A stretch of DNA of 43,600 bases from NCBI RefSeq assembly GCF_001194135.2, contig NC_069003.1, forward strand, positions 24,404,115 to 24,447,714, written 5' to 3'. The stretch is from Octopus bimaculoides (lineage: Eukaryota). A program made the translations under genes and the position numbers. Below, piece after piece: positions 10,436-23,844 of the stretch. Below the pieces are notes generated by a model. That model was not told where the DNA came from. It did not search any database and saw only the letters and a program-made list of their open reading frames with translations. Within the stretch, counting starts at the first letter, position 1; every line of letters begins with the position of its first letter.

Positions 10436-12128
10436 NNNNNNNNNNNNNNNNNNNNNNNNNNNNNNNNNNNNNNNNNNNNNNNNNNNNNNNNNNNNNNNNN
10501 NNNNNNNNNNNNNNNNNNNNNNNNNNNNNNNNNNNNNNNNNNNNNNNNNNNNNNNNNNNNNNNNNNNNNNNNNNNNNNNNNNNNNNNNNNNNNNNNNNNN
10601 NNNNNNNNNNNNNNNNNNNNNNNNNNNNNNNNNNNNNNNNNNNNNNNNNNNNNNNNNNNNNNNNNNNNNNNNNNNNNNNNNNNNNNNNNNNNNNNNNNNN
10701 NNNNNNNNNNNNNNNNNNNNNNNNNNNNNNNNNNNNNNNNNNNNNNNNNNNNNNNNNNNNNNNNNNNNNNNNNNNNNNNNNNNNNNNNNNNNNNNNNNNN
10801 NNNNNNNNNNNNNNNNNNNNNNNNNNNNNNNNNNNNNNNNNNNNNNNNNNNNNNNNNNNNNNNNNNNNNNNNNNNNNNNNNNNNNNNNNNNNNATATATA
10901 TAAACATATATGCGTTCTCACACATACTCGTATATGCTTATGCGTTTTCAGTGTCATAAACACACACACATACGCATTCACACACACATTTACATATAAA
11001 ATAGAACCTCATTTTGTGTACTAATGTGATTGTTTGTTTCTTTCATATTTACCTTGACCCGGACAGGCTTCCTACCAAACAGGCATAATTGCACATATTG
11101 GCGTCTTTTTGCTTACGTACCAGCCTGGTGAATTCAAGTTTAAAAACAATATACACCCTGTATAATGATTATTATAATTCAAGTATTGTTCCATGTATAA
11201 GTCAGTGGTAAATACTTATTTTGCTTCCACAGGTGCAAGTATAGATGTATGGCCATGAAGCTCACGTTGCTATCACGTGATTTTGTGTTTAATCCAACTG
11301 CGTAAAATCTTGGGCAAGTATCTTCTGCTATAGCCTCTGAGCCGACCAATGTCTTGTGAGTAAATTGGTAAAAGAAAACTGTGCAGACGCCTGTTGTCTA
11401 TATGTGTGTGTGTGTGTGTGTGTGTTTGTGCTTGACAACTAGTATTGATTTTTCATATCCTCGTAACCTAGCGGCTTAGTAAAACATATCGATAAAACTA
11501 GTACCAAACTTTAAGTACTGGGGTCAATTTGTCCACTTAGTCTTTGACTGCTGTCCAACGGCATGGATGCAGAGCTAGTTTACCTCTAAGTTAGTAGAAG
11601 AATAGACAGTATAGGACTTTTACAACATTCAAAATGGCGAATGTGATAGCTTTCACGCGTTAAAAAGTGTTGAAAATATTTTTATATATGATCAATTTTA
11701 AAATGTTTTGATACCTCCAAGGAAGTAATTCTGAATGATAAAAGATTTTATAATTTCTAAAACTGAATGGAAATGGTCAAAATTTTGAAGTTATAACAAT
11801 TAAAATAGTGTAAAATGGCAACAGGCAAAGATGAAAAAAAATTGATAGATTATTTCTTAATCTATTTGAGGACAGCTTTGGGCTTGGAAGATGGTGGATA
11901 AAAATAGATAAAACTTAACTTTCAAACAGGACAGAGCTTTTACGAAATTGATGAATGTTTACACATTTAAAAACACAAAATAGCTAAACATTATTTTGTT
12001 CTAATAGATCTGTAAAGAAAGGACATTTTGGTTGATTGACTTAACAAATGTTTGTGGGAAGTACCAAATATAAAATATTTGTTATTGTTAACCAATGTGT
12101 TAACAATAATAACCATATTTATACATAC

Positions 12129-12206
<78 letters not shown>

Positions 12207-13214
12207 NNNNNNNNNNNNNNNNNNNNNNNNNNNNNNNNNNNNNNNNNNNNNNNNNNNNNNNNNNNNNNNNNNNNNNNNNNNNNNNNNNNNNNNNNNNNNN
12301 NNNNNNNNNNNNNNNNNNNNNNNNNNNNNNNNNNNNNNNNNNNNNNNNNNNNNNNNNNNNNNNNNNNNNNNNNNNNNNNNNNNNNNNNNNNNNNNNNNNN
12401 NNNNNNNNNNNNNNNNNNNNNNNNNNNNNNNNNNNNNNNNNNNNNNNNNNNNNNNNNNNNNNNNNNNNNNNNNNNNNNNNNNNNNNNNNNNNNNNNNNNN
12501 NNNNNNNNNNNNNNNNNNNNNNNNNNNNNNNNNNNNNNNNNNNNNNNNNNNATATATATATATATATATATACATATATATCGAGGATATAGTAGAAGAC
12601 GATTGACCGAGGTGTCACGCAGTGGGACTGGGCCCGGAACAATATGGTTGGGAAGTAAACTTCTTACCACACAGATAAGCCTACACCTAAATGAATAAAG
12701 ACCTTCCAGCCCACACTTTCCAATGGAATAAACCACAACCAAAGAAAGCACCGTATTTCGTTAATATATATATCAGAACTCTTGTGTATGAGTGCACTTA
12801 ATATATGAATCATTTATCACCAAGTATTCAATAAGAAAACAAATCGCGTCTGTTTGTGGGTTTTAAGCAGCTTTATATAATATCAGGAATAATATGAACA
12901 AGAGGAGAGACAAGAATGCCAACGACTAAAAAACGAACCTAAGTACGGGATACTACTGCCAACAATGACACCAGCTATGACATTAGGAGTAACGGTAATA
13001 ATAGTGGATAAAATATAAAGCAGTGTGGGTGAATAGGGAACTATAGGTTTTCTCGATAGTATTGTATCAGTGAATCAAGGTTGAGCAATAAAGAAATATA
13101 TATCTAAAAGTTGGNNNNNNNNNNNNNNNNNNNNNNNNNNNNNNNNNNNNNNNNNNNNNNNNNNNNNNNNNNNNNNNNNNNNNNNNNNNNNNNNNNNNNN
13201 NNNNNNNNNNNNNN

Positions 13215-13249
<35 letters not shown>

Positions 13250-13256
<7 letters not shown>

Positions 13257-14045
13257 GATTCGAGAACTCTGTTATCGGTCCACAGACTACAATCGGGATA
13301 TACAAGACCAGGAGCAGTGCAATCGTAAGGTCAGAGTCGGTGCGTGACCTGTGAATACACATGAGTAATGATGCAATATTCTATGTGCATCTTACTAAGG
13401 TGGGAACACTTTGCAAGCGAATAACTGGATGGATTCTGAGATCATTCAAAAGTAGGGAAAAGGGTACCAGCCGTTTCTATGAATAGCTTTCGTTCTCAGT
13501 CGTCTAGATGATTGCCCCCAACTATGGTCACTACACGGCGCCAAACTGGTGGTGGAACTTGAGGCAATCCAGCCCAACCACACAAAGAAGATTGACTTTG
13601 AGCTATTAGGAGAGGATAAAAGAACTGAAGTTCTACTTCTTAGAGAGAAGATGTGAAAGATGTGCAGTGATATTCATATGGAAGATGCTAGAATGTCTAG
13701 CTTCAGTCTCTGGAACTGAAAGCTATACTAATCACGGCACTGCCCAGTATCAAAGATCTCGTCTTCTCCATCAAGAATAAGGACCAAGTACTGTAACAGG
13801 GTGGATTCCAAAGGTCCACAACTATTCAACATTCTGCCAAACAGCATTCATAGATTTGCGCGGTGTAGATGTAGAGGTCGTCAAAGAGTGTCTGGGCAAA
13901 TTTTTTATCCAAGATACCAGATGAAACCCCATCGCGACAGGTGGCACAAAAATGTGCAGCTCCACTCAACCTACTAGTTCATCAGAAAAGGTACAGAAAA
14001 GAAACCCAATCACATTGAAAGGCGCTGCTCCAGCGTGGCCCCAGC
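13250..14045 (+). mobile_element. CR1/L2-group LINE, RT C-terminal region, degraded
   Basis: VRDL*IHMSND, TGWILRSFKSR, FVLSRLDDCPQLWS, ELEAIQ, ERIKELKFYFLERR and GPQLFNILP across frameshifts. Confidence 0.85.
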
Positions 14046-14089
14046 CTCTAGTTGAAACCAGTACAGGATAAAAGACAAAAGATATATAT

Positions 14090-14159
14090 ATATATATATA
14101 TATATATAACTATCGTATATATAAACATATATATATACATATATATAACTATTGCATGT

Positions 14160-14232
<73 letters not shown>

Positions 14233-14392
14233 TATATATAACTATCGTATATATATACATATATATAACTATTTCATGTATACATATATACATACATATA
14301 TATGTATATACATATACATATATATAAATATACATACATATTTATATATACATACATATTTATATATACATACATATTTATATATACATACA

Positions 14393-14430
<38 letters not shown>
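14090..14430. repeat. Compound (TA)n block with an 18-bp minisatellite (TATATATACATACATATT, about 4 copies) and a duplicated unit of about 65 bp
   Basis: Direct reading. Confidence 0.85.
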
Positions 14431-14431
<1 letters not shown>

Positions 14432-15326
14432 AGTGGGAAAGGGTCAAGTATATTAATAAGGCATATTAATTTACTTAAATAAAAACAGAATTTAAAAAAA
14501 TACTCACTATTAGTAGAATACTGTAAATAATTTGTGATAAGGTAAAATATGTTAACATTGTCGGTAGAGAGCCGAACTGTGTACTGAAGATAAATTTGAA
14601 ATCCTACGGTAAACCTTGAAATATCTGTGAGAAAGTGGGTGGCATCGGGGGGTGAGCTGTGTCGTGGGAGAATATAGGATAGGATAGCTTGATTTCGCAA
14701 TAATATATTGTTTATGTGGCTTGGGAATTTAATTCACACGGATCTCTTTGAAATATATGCATAAATTTATTGCGTGAGAGAGAGAGAGAGAGAGGAGAAG
14801 AGAGGCATAATGAAAGGGAGAACTAAAGGACAGCGAAGGGAGGGCTACTGTTTTATAGTTACTCAGTAAACCTATTTACAAAGACACATAAGAGCCTTTA
14901 CGAATATATTCAGAAAAAAAATAAGTCGACAGGACAGCTTTCCTTCTCTCCGTCTCTTCCTATTTTTCTCCTTCGCGCTTCTCTCCCTTCGCCTCATCAA
15001 CATGCTCAACAACAGAATATTATGACTGTCAAGAATAATATGATTGTCACCTTTCGCCACATTCATTTTCCCTCCTCCTCTTTACCATATCTGAGACATC
15101 AACTGGTTAGTCTGTTCCGGCGGACATTTTGGCCAGAGCCCATGGATAATTTCCAGAAATCCCTACTGGGATGCATTGCTGATGGGAGATAAACTGCACA
15201 AGTGCGGAAGAGCCGTCAGTTCCGAAACCACGCATCGCAGTCGGATCCGCCTGAGATGCATGTTTTCGGAACGCTGTTACGACGAGTTTTGCTAGCCTGG
15301 CAAGACACGAAGTATCTCTGAATATA

Positions 15327-15533
15327 CAAGGGGGTGCAAAGGTTCTGGCTTTAAGAGTATCGAGAAAGGTCTGGTTCGAGGCCCAAACTTCCAAGTTCTT
15401 TTACAGGGCTTAGAAAAACTGAAGGACCGCTGCAATAAGTGCGTGAATATCAGAGGGGAATATGTTCAACAAAATCAAAACTAATCCTCCTGTATTTTCT
15501 TTTAACCCAAAGGCGGGAACTTTTCAGCACCCC
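15327..15533 (+). mobile_element. Mariner-derived MITE retaining the transposase C-terminus
   Basis: TA|CAAGGGGGTGC start, ...GAACTTTTCAGCACCCC end at a gap. Internal reading GLEKLKDRCNKCVNIRGEYV. Confidence 0.8.
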
Positions 15534-15844
15534 NNNNNNNNNNNNNNNNNNNNNNNNNNNNNNNNNNNNNNNNNNNNNNNNNNNNNNNNNNNNACAAGGA
15601 GAGATGTTAGCGAGTGACTTTTTTTTTTTTTACTGTATGAGCAATACTTAGAGAAACAAGCAAGAAAGAAGGTAACATAACTGCATTCCTAATACAGGGA
15701 GTTTTCAGACATCTTCAGATGAATAGATGTAGGAGGTATTTTGCCGATGTGTTGAACGACGCGGCTTCCATCGAGCGAAGCTGAGCATATAGGCGTGCGT
15801 AATTAGTTTTCAGTACTTAGCGTATTGAGTCGGTTCCCTATAAA

Positions 15845-16045
15845 CCAGACCACTAACTGGCAATTCGTCGGTTACGACGACGAGGGTTCCAGTTGTTCCG
15901 ATCAACGGAACAGACTGCTTGTGAAATTAACGTGCAAGTGGCTGAGCACTCCACAGACACGCTTACCCTTGACGTAATTCTCAGGGAGATTTAGCGTGAC
16001 AGAATGTGAAATGCCGGCCCTTTGAATTACTTGTACAACTCAATT
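15845..16045 (-). mobile_element. SINE family C, 3' half
   Basis: Reverse complement matches 6180-6345. Confidence 0.8.
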
Positions 16046-16099
16046 TTGCTAAATGAGCGGACTGAAGTAACGTGAAATAAAAAATACCCTAACCACTGA

Positions 16100-16700
16100 G
16101 ACACTTACCTTCACACCTGGCCACAAGATCATCCCGAAATACATGCGTTGGCGGAATACAAGGGCCAAAGTGAAGGGCATTGGTAGTGGCAATGATTCTT
16201 AATTTATCACCACCTTTGTAGCATGGTATGGGCAAAGTGTGTCTGCCGAGGCAACTAGTAACGATATGTGGCTGAGAAAGAAGATTTATATGGGCGTACA
16301 AATAATAACGTCTACAGAAAATCACAGTACACAACATTTACTATTATCTTTTCAGGGTACGGAAGAAAAAGCCGTGAGCCTAGATTCACAGCATGTTAAT
16401 CGTAGCTGGAATAGAGGCAGCAAAGTAGCAGGAACGTTCGAAAGAGAAAAATGAGACGGTCACAAGGCTAAAGATGCAATGCAGAATACCTAACTGTTAC
16501 GTGTGTGTCTGTAAGGGCCATGAGATGACTCTCTGCCCTAAGGAACATGAAAGTGACCGGAGAGAATGCGGCATACAGTCGTAGATTCAATAAGAATATT
16601 AGGAGGTTGCAGTAGCTGATACTCTCAGAACAACCCCAGTGACAGCTCCGAAATTAACCAAAGGACAATGTCCCTTGTCATCCCCAGAAACCCATAACAT
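16100..16700 (+). mobile_element. Degraded LINE ORF1 (gag-like) remnant with CCHC zinc knuckle
   Basis: 16495-16536 reads CYVCVCKGHEMTLC (CX2CX4HX4C); surrounding frames contain stops. Clade (L1/Tx1-like) is inferred. Confidence 0.6.
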
Positions 16701-17861
16701 TCCTCTCAGTAAGACCACACCATCCTTTTGCAATTAAGAGGAAGCAACAAGGAAGGAAAAGGGGTAGCAAGGTGTAAGGACAGTTGAAAAAGAAAAAGAG
16801 AAAAAAACCCACATTCAAAATCAAATAGGTTAATTTTCTGATTAGTGTGTGGGGTCTTGTTTCTTGATCTCCCCTTCCAGCCATCCCAAGAAGGTGTGCA
16901 GCACATTCAATAAGGAGCTTATTCCCTTCTCAATCCTTTTCACACTTCTTTGTCTTGTAAANNNNNNNNNNNNNNNNNNNNNNNNNNNNNNNNNNNNNNN
17001 NNNNNNNNNNNNNNNNNNNNNNNNNNNNNNNNNNNNNNNNNNNNNNNNNNNNNNNNNNNNNNNNNNNNNNNNNNNNNNNNNNNNNNNNNNNNNNNNNNNN
17101 NNNNNNNNNNNNNNNNNNNNNNNNNNNNNNNNNNNNNNNNNNNNNNNNNNNNNNNNNNNNNNNNNNNNNNNNNNNNNNNNNNNNNNNNNNNNNNNNNNNN
17201 NNNNNNNNNNNNNNNNNNNNNNNNNNNNNNNNNNNNNNNNNNNNNNNNNNNNNNNNNNNNNNNNNNNNNNNNNNNNNNNNNNNNNNNNNNNNNNNNNNNN
17301 NNNNNNNNNNNNNNNNNNNNNNNNNNNNNNNNNNNNNNNNNNNNNNNNNNNNNNNNNNNNNNNNNNNNNNNNNNNNNNNNNNNNNNNNNNNNNNNNNNNN
17401 NNNNNNNNNNNNNNNNNNNNNNNNNNNNNNNNNNNNNNNNNNNNNNNNNNNNNNNNNNNNNNNNNNNNNNNNNNNNNNNNNNNNNNNNNNNNNNNNNNNN
17501 NNNNNNNNNNNNNNNNNNNNNNNNNNNNNNNNNNNNNNNNNNNNNNNNNNNNNNNNNNNNNNNNNNNNNNNNNNNNNNNNNNNNNNNNNNNNNNNNNNNN
17601 NNNNNNNNNNNNNNNNNNNNNNNNNNNNNNNNNNNNNNNNNNNNNNNNNNNNNNNNNNNNNNNNNNNNNNNNNNNNNNNNNNNNNNNNNNNNNNNNNNNN
17701 NNNNNNNNNNNNNNNNNNNNNNNNNNNNNNNNNNNNNNNNNNNNNNNNNNNNNNNNNNNNNNNNNNNNNNNNNNNNNNNNNNNNNNNNNNNNNNNNNNNN
17801 NNNNNNNNNNNNNNNNNNNNNNNNNNNNNNNNNNNNNNNNNNNNNNNNNNNNNNNNNNNNN

Positions 17862-18301
17862 TACTTTTTTTAATCCTTTCTAGCATTTCGTGTAAGAGTG
17901 TAAGAGTCCGACGGTCCCTATCTGAAAGTTTTGGTTTTCTTCTGGAGTTTTGCTTCGACAAGGAGGTTTTTTCCCTCTTTCTCAAAGGTTTTCATTATTT
18001 TCGAGACAGTACTTCTTGATACACCAAACATTTCGGCTGTTTTTGTTACGCTAGCACCTGCCATACGAGCACCAACAATTTTACCTCTTTGGAAGTCCGA
18101 TAGATGTGTCCTTTTAATGAATTTTAATTACCTTTTTCTGATGATATCGGAAAAGAACCAGCAATTTTAGCGAAACATATCAAGCAACACTAATAATAAT
18201 TCAAAAAACATAAAAATAAATAAGCTTTTGACGGTTTTATAGATATTTCAAAATTATGATGCTATGATGCTAGGTATTTCCAATATTTTGTTCAACCCCT
18301 G
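17862..18301 (-). mobile_element. Tc1-like transposon, 5' part (left TIR plus paired-like HTH N-terminus); TIR matches the element at 2825
   Basis: TA|CAGGGGTTGAACAAAATATTGG terminus. Reads HLSDFQRGKIVGARMAGASVTKTAEMFGVSRSTVSKIMKTFEKEGKTSLSKQNSRRKPKLSDRDRR, then runs into an N-gap. Confidence 0.9.
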
Positions 18302-18721
18302 TACATGCATACAGACTGACAGACAGAAAAACAAATGGATATGCGTACATATATACGTAAGAAAGAAATCAGAGATTGCCGAGAAGACTCTAAACAATAT
18401 TCATGTGAATCCAACCTTTGTTAATTTTGATTTCAGCTATTATTCCAGTTTCTCCACATTTATTACCTTTCTCTCTGTTCTCATGGTATTTTGCTTGTTT
18501 CCTGTATTTATTTATTTATTGATATGTTTATTTATTTGTTTGCTGTCTTCATTTTTACCACAATACATGGGAAACGAGGTTATTAAGAGAAGGAAAATAT
18601 GGATAAGGGTTAACACAAAAGTTTCAATATCATTTTCTTTTAGTTTACTATAGTGGTGGAAACAAACGATTTCTTGTTTTTTCATTGTGTTACTTCACTT
18701 TCTTCTCCTTTCCCTCTCAAT

Positions 18722-18767
<46 letters not shown>

Positions 18768-19204
18768 NNNNNNNNNNNNNNNNNNNNNNNNNNNNNNNNN
18801 NNNNNNNNNNNNNNNNNNNNNNNNNNNNNNNNNNNNNNNNNNNNNNNNNNNNNNNNNNNNNNNNNNNNNNNNNNNNNNNNNNNNNNNNNNNNNNNNNNNN
18901 NNNNNNNNNNNNNNNNNNNNNNNNNNNNNNNNNNNNNNNNNNNNNNNNNNNNNNNNNNNNNNNNNNNNNNNNNNNNNNNNNNNNNNNNNNNNNNNNNNNN
19001 NNNNNNNNNNNNNNNNNNNNNNNNNNNNNNNNNNNNNNNNNNNNNNNNNNNNNNNNNNNNNNNNNNNNNNTGTCACCTTTTGTAAAATCTTCGATGTCAA
19101 GGTTAAAAAAGAAGTCGGTTCTTTCACGAAGACAGAGAATAACAGTAATGATGATTATGATGATGATGACGACTTCGATATAATCTACCTAGAAAATATT
19201 GATT

Positions 19205-19640
19205 AAAAATTTTGGCACAAGGCCAGCAATTTCAGGGGCAGGGCTAAGTTGATTACATCGATCCAAGTATTCAACTGGTACTTATTTTAGCGACCCCGAA
19301 ACGATGAAAAGCAAAGTCGGCCTCGGCGGAATTTGAACTCAGAATTTGAATGCCGCTAAGCATTTTGCCCGGCGCGATAACGATTCTCCCAGCTCTCTGC
19401 CTCTAATCTACCTAGAAAAATATTGGCTTCAAGTTTTGGCATAGGGCCAGCAATTTCTCGTGAGTGGGTAAGTTGTTTAGATCGACCCCAATACTCATCT
19501 GGTATTTATTTTATCGACCCCCAAAAGGATGAAAGACAAACTCGACCTCGGCGGAATTTGAACGCAGAACGTAAAGACCAACGAAATACAGCTAAGCATT
19601 TTGCCAGGCGTGTTAACGATTCCGCCAGCCTTTCGCCTTG
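19205..19640 (-). mobile_element. Tandem pair of family A SINEs
   Basis: Two consecutive full-length reverse copies, each flanked by tctacctagaaaa(a)tatt-like sequence. Confidence 0.8.
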
Positions 19641-20599
19641 GCCTAGAAAACTATTAATAAAAGAAATGTATGACACTAGAGTAGGTACACCTTAATTCAA
19701 AGAAATCCAACCATACTGAGAGAAAAATACAGAACAGAATATTTACAGCACTATAAAGCTGAATGATAAATTAAGGAACAAAAGAAAAAAATATTCAGTA
19801 ACACCACGAGCATTTACAAGTGGAGAAATGGCTAAAATTTGCCCTGCTTATAATTATACCATACGTTACATATATATTATATCATGCCTTGATATTGGGT
19901 GGACTAAGATCGCCGTTGACAGGCCGCTGGTATTTAAAGTGTTAAACACTTTCGGTATGCAAATTAAGGACACCTTCATAGAGTAACTACTGCATTTGTT
20001 GAGTATATAAATAATTTGGCTGCTTGCTTTTTTTTTTCTGGAGACTTTCAGAATGATGTAGAGACCTCTGTTCATCAAATTTTTTCTTTCCAGTGTGCGG
20101 AGAAATGGCTAACATTTGTCCTGTTTATAATACCATATGTTACATATAACAAGCGAGACATTTATTAATGCAATAAAATATAACCGCTATGAATTGGAAA
20201 TGACTCAGAACTGATAAAGCCACTTAGTTTCCAGATGAATTACATTACCGCACATATATTTGTAACAATAAACATTATAACCTGTTTACCAGCATTACCT
20301 AAGTTTCTGACACCTTCGTTCTCTCTTATATATGGTAATTCATTAGAACATTTAAATAATAATAAAAAAAAAGAGACAAGAGAAAAGAGGGATAAGAAAG
20401 GAAGAGAAAGAAAAGGAAAAAACGGATGGATGGGGCAGTAAAGCAACGGCAGATGGATGGCGAAGGGGGCGAAGGTATATATATCCCTGACCAAATGGTG
20501 TATTTAGCCGTGTCCCGCCGTAATGATCACGATGGTGTTGCCACGGCGAATGGCCAATGTCAGCAATTATAACAGAAATGTAGGTAGATAAACAAAGAC

Positions 20600-20769
20600 G
20601 ATTATATACCACATGTGTTCCCAACCGCTTGGTTCTAGGTTTAGTCCCACTACGTGGCACCTCGGGCAAGTGTCTTCTACTATAGTCTCGGGCCAACCAA
20701 AGCTTTGTCAGTGGATTTAGTACACGGAAACTGAAAGAAGCCGGCCGTATATCTATCTGTCTGTCTGTC

Positions 20770-20807
<38 letters not shown>

Positions 20808-21090
20808 NNNNNNNNNNTCTCTCTATATATATATATAGATATAGATATGTCAGTACGTGTGTGTGTGTGTGTGTTCGCATATGTGTTTGGCTTCCACTAC
20901 CGCTTGACAGCCGGTGTTGGTGTGTTTACGTCCCCACAACTTGACGGTTCGGCAAAAGAGACCGATAGAATAAGTGCAAGGCTTAACAAAAAATAAGTAC
21001 TGGGGTCAATTCATTCGACTAAATATTCTTCAAGGTAGTGCTCTAGCATGGCCGTAGCGTAATGACTGATACAAGTAAAAGATAAAAAAT
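20600..21090 (+). mobile_element. SINE family B with expanded internal microsatellite
   Basis: Aligns to 31940-32290 on both sides of a (CT)n/(TA)n/(GT)n block and gap. Confidence 0.85.
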
Positions 21091-22829
21091 AAAAGTATTA
21101 AAAAAAGTATAATTTAAAAAGACGTGGCTAAAATTTGTGGTTATTACCATACATGGAATAAAGGCTGTCACTACACTGGTTGCGTTAGGTAGCATCTGGA
21201 GTTGAGTGCTTATAGTAGGCATGTGTTCATGTGGTGCATATATATTTAATGGCTTGTTGCAATGGTTTGTTGAAAAAGTATTCGTAAGAGAAAGTGGAGA
21301 TAGCTTTAAAAGTTAAAGAAGCACTGCGCTTATTTAATAAATAGTATGTTCAGTTAATCAAATAACTGAATACTCATTGTCGAAAACGACGGAAGCTCCA
21401 TTCATTTACTTTCTGTTCTTCGAGGTCAGCTCTACACAGTATGTACGTATGTAAACATGTATGTATGTAAGCATGTATGTACGTTATATATATATATATA
21501 TATNNNNNNNNNNNNNNNNNNNNNNNNNNNNNNNNNNNNNNNNNNNNNNNNNNNNNNNNNNNNNNNNNNNNNNNNNNNNNNNNNNNNNNNNNNNNNNNNN
21601 NNNNNNNNNNNNNNNNNNNNNNNNNNNNNNNNNNNNNNNNNNNNNNNNNNNNNNNNNNNNNNNNNNNNNNNNNNNNNNNNNNNNNNNNNNNNNNNNNNNN
21701 NNNNNNNNNNNNNNNNNNNNNNNNNNNNNNNNNNNNNNNNNNNNNNNNNNNNNNNNNNNNNNNNNNNNNNNNNNNNNNNNNNNNNNNNNNNNNNNNNNNN
21801 NNNNNNNNNNNNNNNNNNNNNNNNNNNNNNNNNNNNNNNNNNNNNNNNNNNNNNNNNNNNNNNNNNNNNNNNNNNNNNNNNNNNNNNNNNNNNNNNNNNN
21901 NNNNNNNNNNNNNNNNNNNNNNNNNNNNNNNNNNNNNNNNNNNNNNNNNNNNNNNNNNNNNNNNNNNNNNNNNNNNNNNNNNNNNNNNNNNNNNNNNNNN
22001 NNNNNNNNNNNNNNNNNNNNNNNNNNNNNNNNNNNNNNNNNNNNNNNNNNNNNNNNNNNNNNNNNNNNNNNNNNNNNNNNNNNNNNNNNNNNNNNNNNNN
22101 NNNNNNNNNNNNNNNNNNNNNNNNNNNNNNNNNNNNNNNNNNNNNNNNNNNNNNNNNNNNNNNNNNNNNNNNNNNNNNNNNNNNNNNNNNNNNNNNNNNN
22201 NNNNNNNNNNNNNNNNNNNNNNNNNNNNNNNNNNNNNNNNNNNNNNNNNNNNNNNNNTCTATATATATTATTTATATTAATATATGATTGAACGCCACGC
22301 ATCTTCTTCCAAGTACGTATGTAAATATGCATGTTTCTCTGTATGTATGTATGTATGTGTGTATGTGTGTACGTTATGTATGTTTGTATGCATGTATTAT
22401 GTACGTATGTACGTTACGTATATATGTATGCGGGTGTTTGAGTGTTTGGATTTGAGTGCGTGTTTATATGTATGATTGAATAACAAAATGTTTTTCGTTC
22501 TACCCATGTCGTGTGTACAAGTTGTGATTAATGTCATACTTTTACTGTAGCTCAAAATATCTTAATCAGTGTCAATAATTAGTGTAGCCCTGTCACCAAA
22601 ACAGATGTTTCTTTAATCAAACTCGAAATCTTAGTCAAATAGATTTTTAAGTAGTAACACAGTAGGACACTAGGCGAATGACGAGAGAAAATATGCTTTT
22701 GCGCACGCATGTGTGTGTGCAGTGATTGTTGTTGATTATGTCAAGCCCTGGTATGGCCTCTCCTGAGCTGACCATCAGAACTATACAGGCTGTGATTACC
22801 CTCAGTTTTATAGGTACCATGCTTCTCAC

Positions 22830-23810
22830 TAGTTTTTATCATGGGTCAGGTCCAGGTTTTTGCAAATTAACCAATGAATATATTGTGCTGCTCTATCATG
22901 CCTGTTGAGATACTCTGTAAACGCAAGAAGACTGCACATGGAGACAGCATGATCAATGGTTTCATTTTGTTATTGACACACACGACATGTTGGGCTACTG
23001 CCGTTCTTTAATACGTTGGCCTGGTAGTTTCTTGTAGGTAGGCATTGATCTTGGGCTGCTATGATAAACCCTTCTGATTCTGATTTTAAGCCAGAAGACA
23101 CTAATCATTGATGGGTAAGGGCTTTGTCAACATCGGCATTATTAGCTCTCTTTGGGTATTTGTCAGTGAGAGGTTTTTCTTGCCATTTATCAGTAAGAAT
23201 ATCTAAGGCAGCAGTTTTATCACGTGTTTTCATACACTTAGATTCTTCTGTGCTTCTTTCTAGTACGTTTAATTCTGGAATATGTTGTATTTGGAATTCA
23301 CTTAGATATTCTTCTGCCTGTTTTTTACTGAGTACGATACTTTTTTATTTTCATGTTTTGAGAAAGACTTAACATCCAGTTACCAGAGTTCTTCAGGTGA
23401 GTGTCTCTGCCAATCATGGAAATCTTCATTGTTAATTCCAGTTGTAAAAGCCCACGGCCACCCTCTTTTCTTGGCTGTCGTTCTATATCTGCCTTAGGCT
23501 GGTGCATTCTATGCATTGTCAACAATTTTCGTATTTTTCTGTCAAGATTACATATTTCAGTAATTGACCAGTTAATGATATTGAAACTGTAAGGCACGAC
23601 TGGTATGGCTAAAGTACTGATCGCTTCGATCCTGTGTCTTGCATTCAGATCTGTCTTCAGTATTGCCCTTACTCTGCGTTAACAAAATCTTCTGATCCTT
23701 TCCCTCATCACTGAATGTATAATTCCGACCTCTTCCAATACTCCTAGGTATTAGTAGCTCTCTGCTGGTTCTAATTCCTTTATGACATTCTGTTGGCCAA
23801 GATTAACATT
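22830..23810 (-). mobile_element. R4/Dong-like (RLE-type) LINE fragment: RT thumb to zinc-knuckle region
   Basis: YLGVLE, YSFNIINWS..EI.NLDRKIRKLL, PRKEGGRGL, AAQDQCLPTRNY and ETIDH...EYLNRHDRAAQYIHW, with stops and frameshifts. Confidence 0.82.

Positions 23811-23844
<34 letters not shown>

Noticed and set aside
16109-16271. Minus-strand candidate exon with strong splice signals (ttctttctcag| ... GAAG|gtaagt) and an open frame PHIVTSCLGRH...ARCE
   Set aside because: Its phase (0 to 1) does not join the phase-0 exon at 7748 without another exon, it has no recognisable domain, and the plus strand appears to belong to the LINE ORF1 remnant with the CCHC knuckle. Exonisation is not excluded; RNA-seq would decide.
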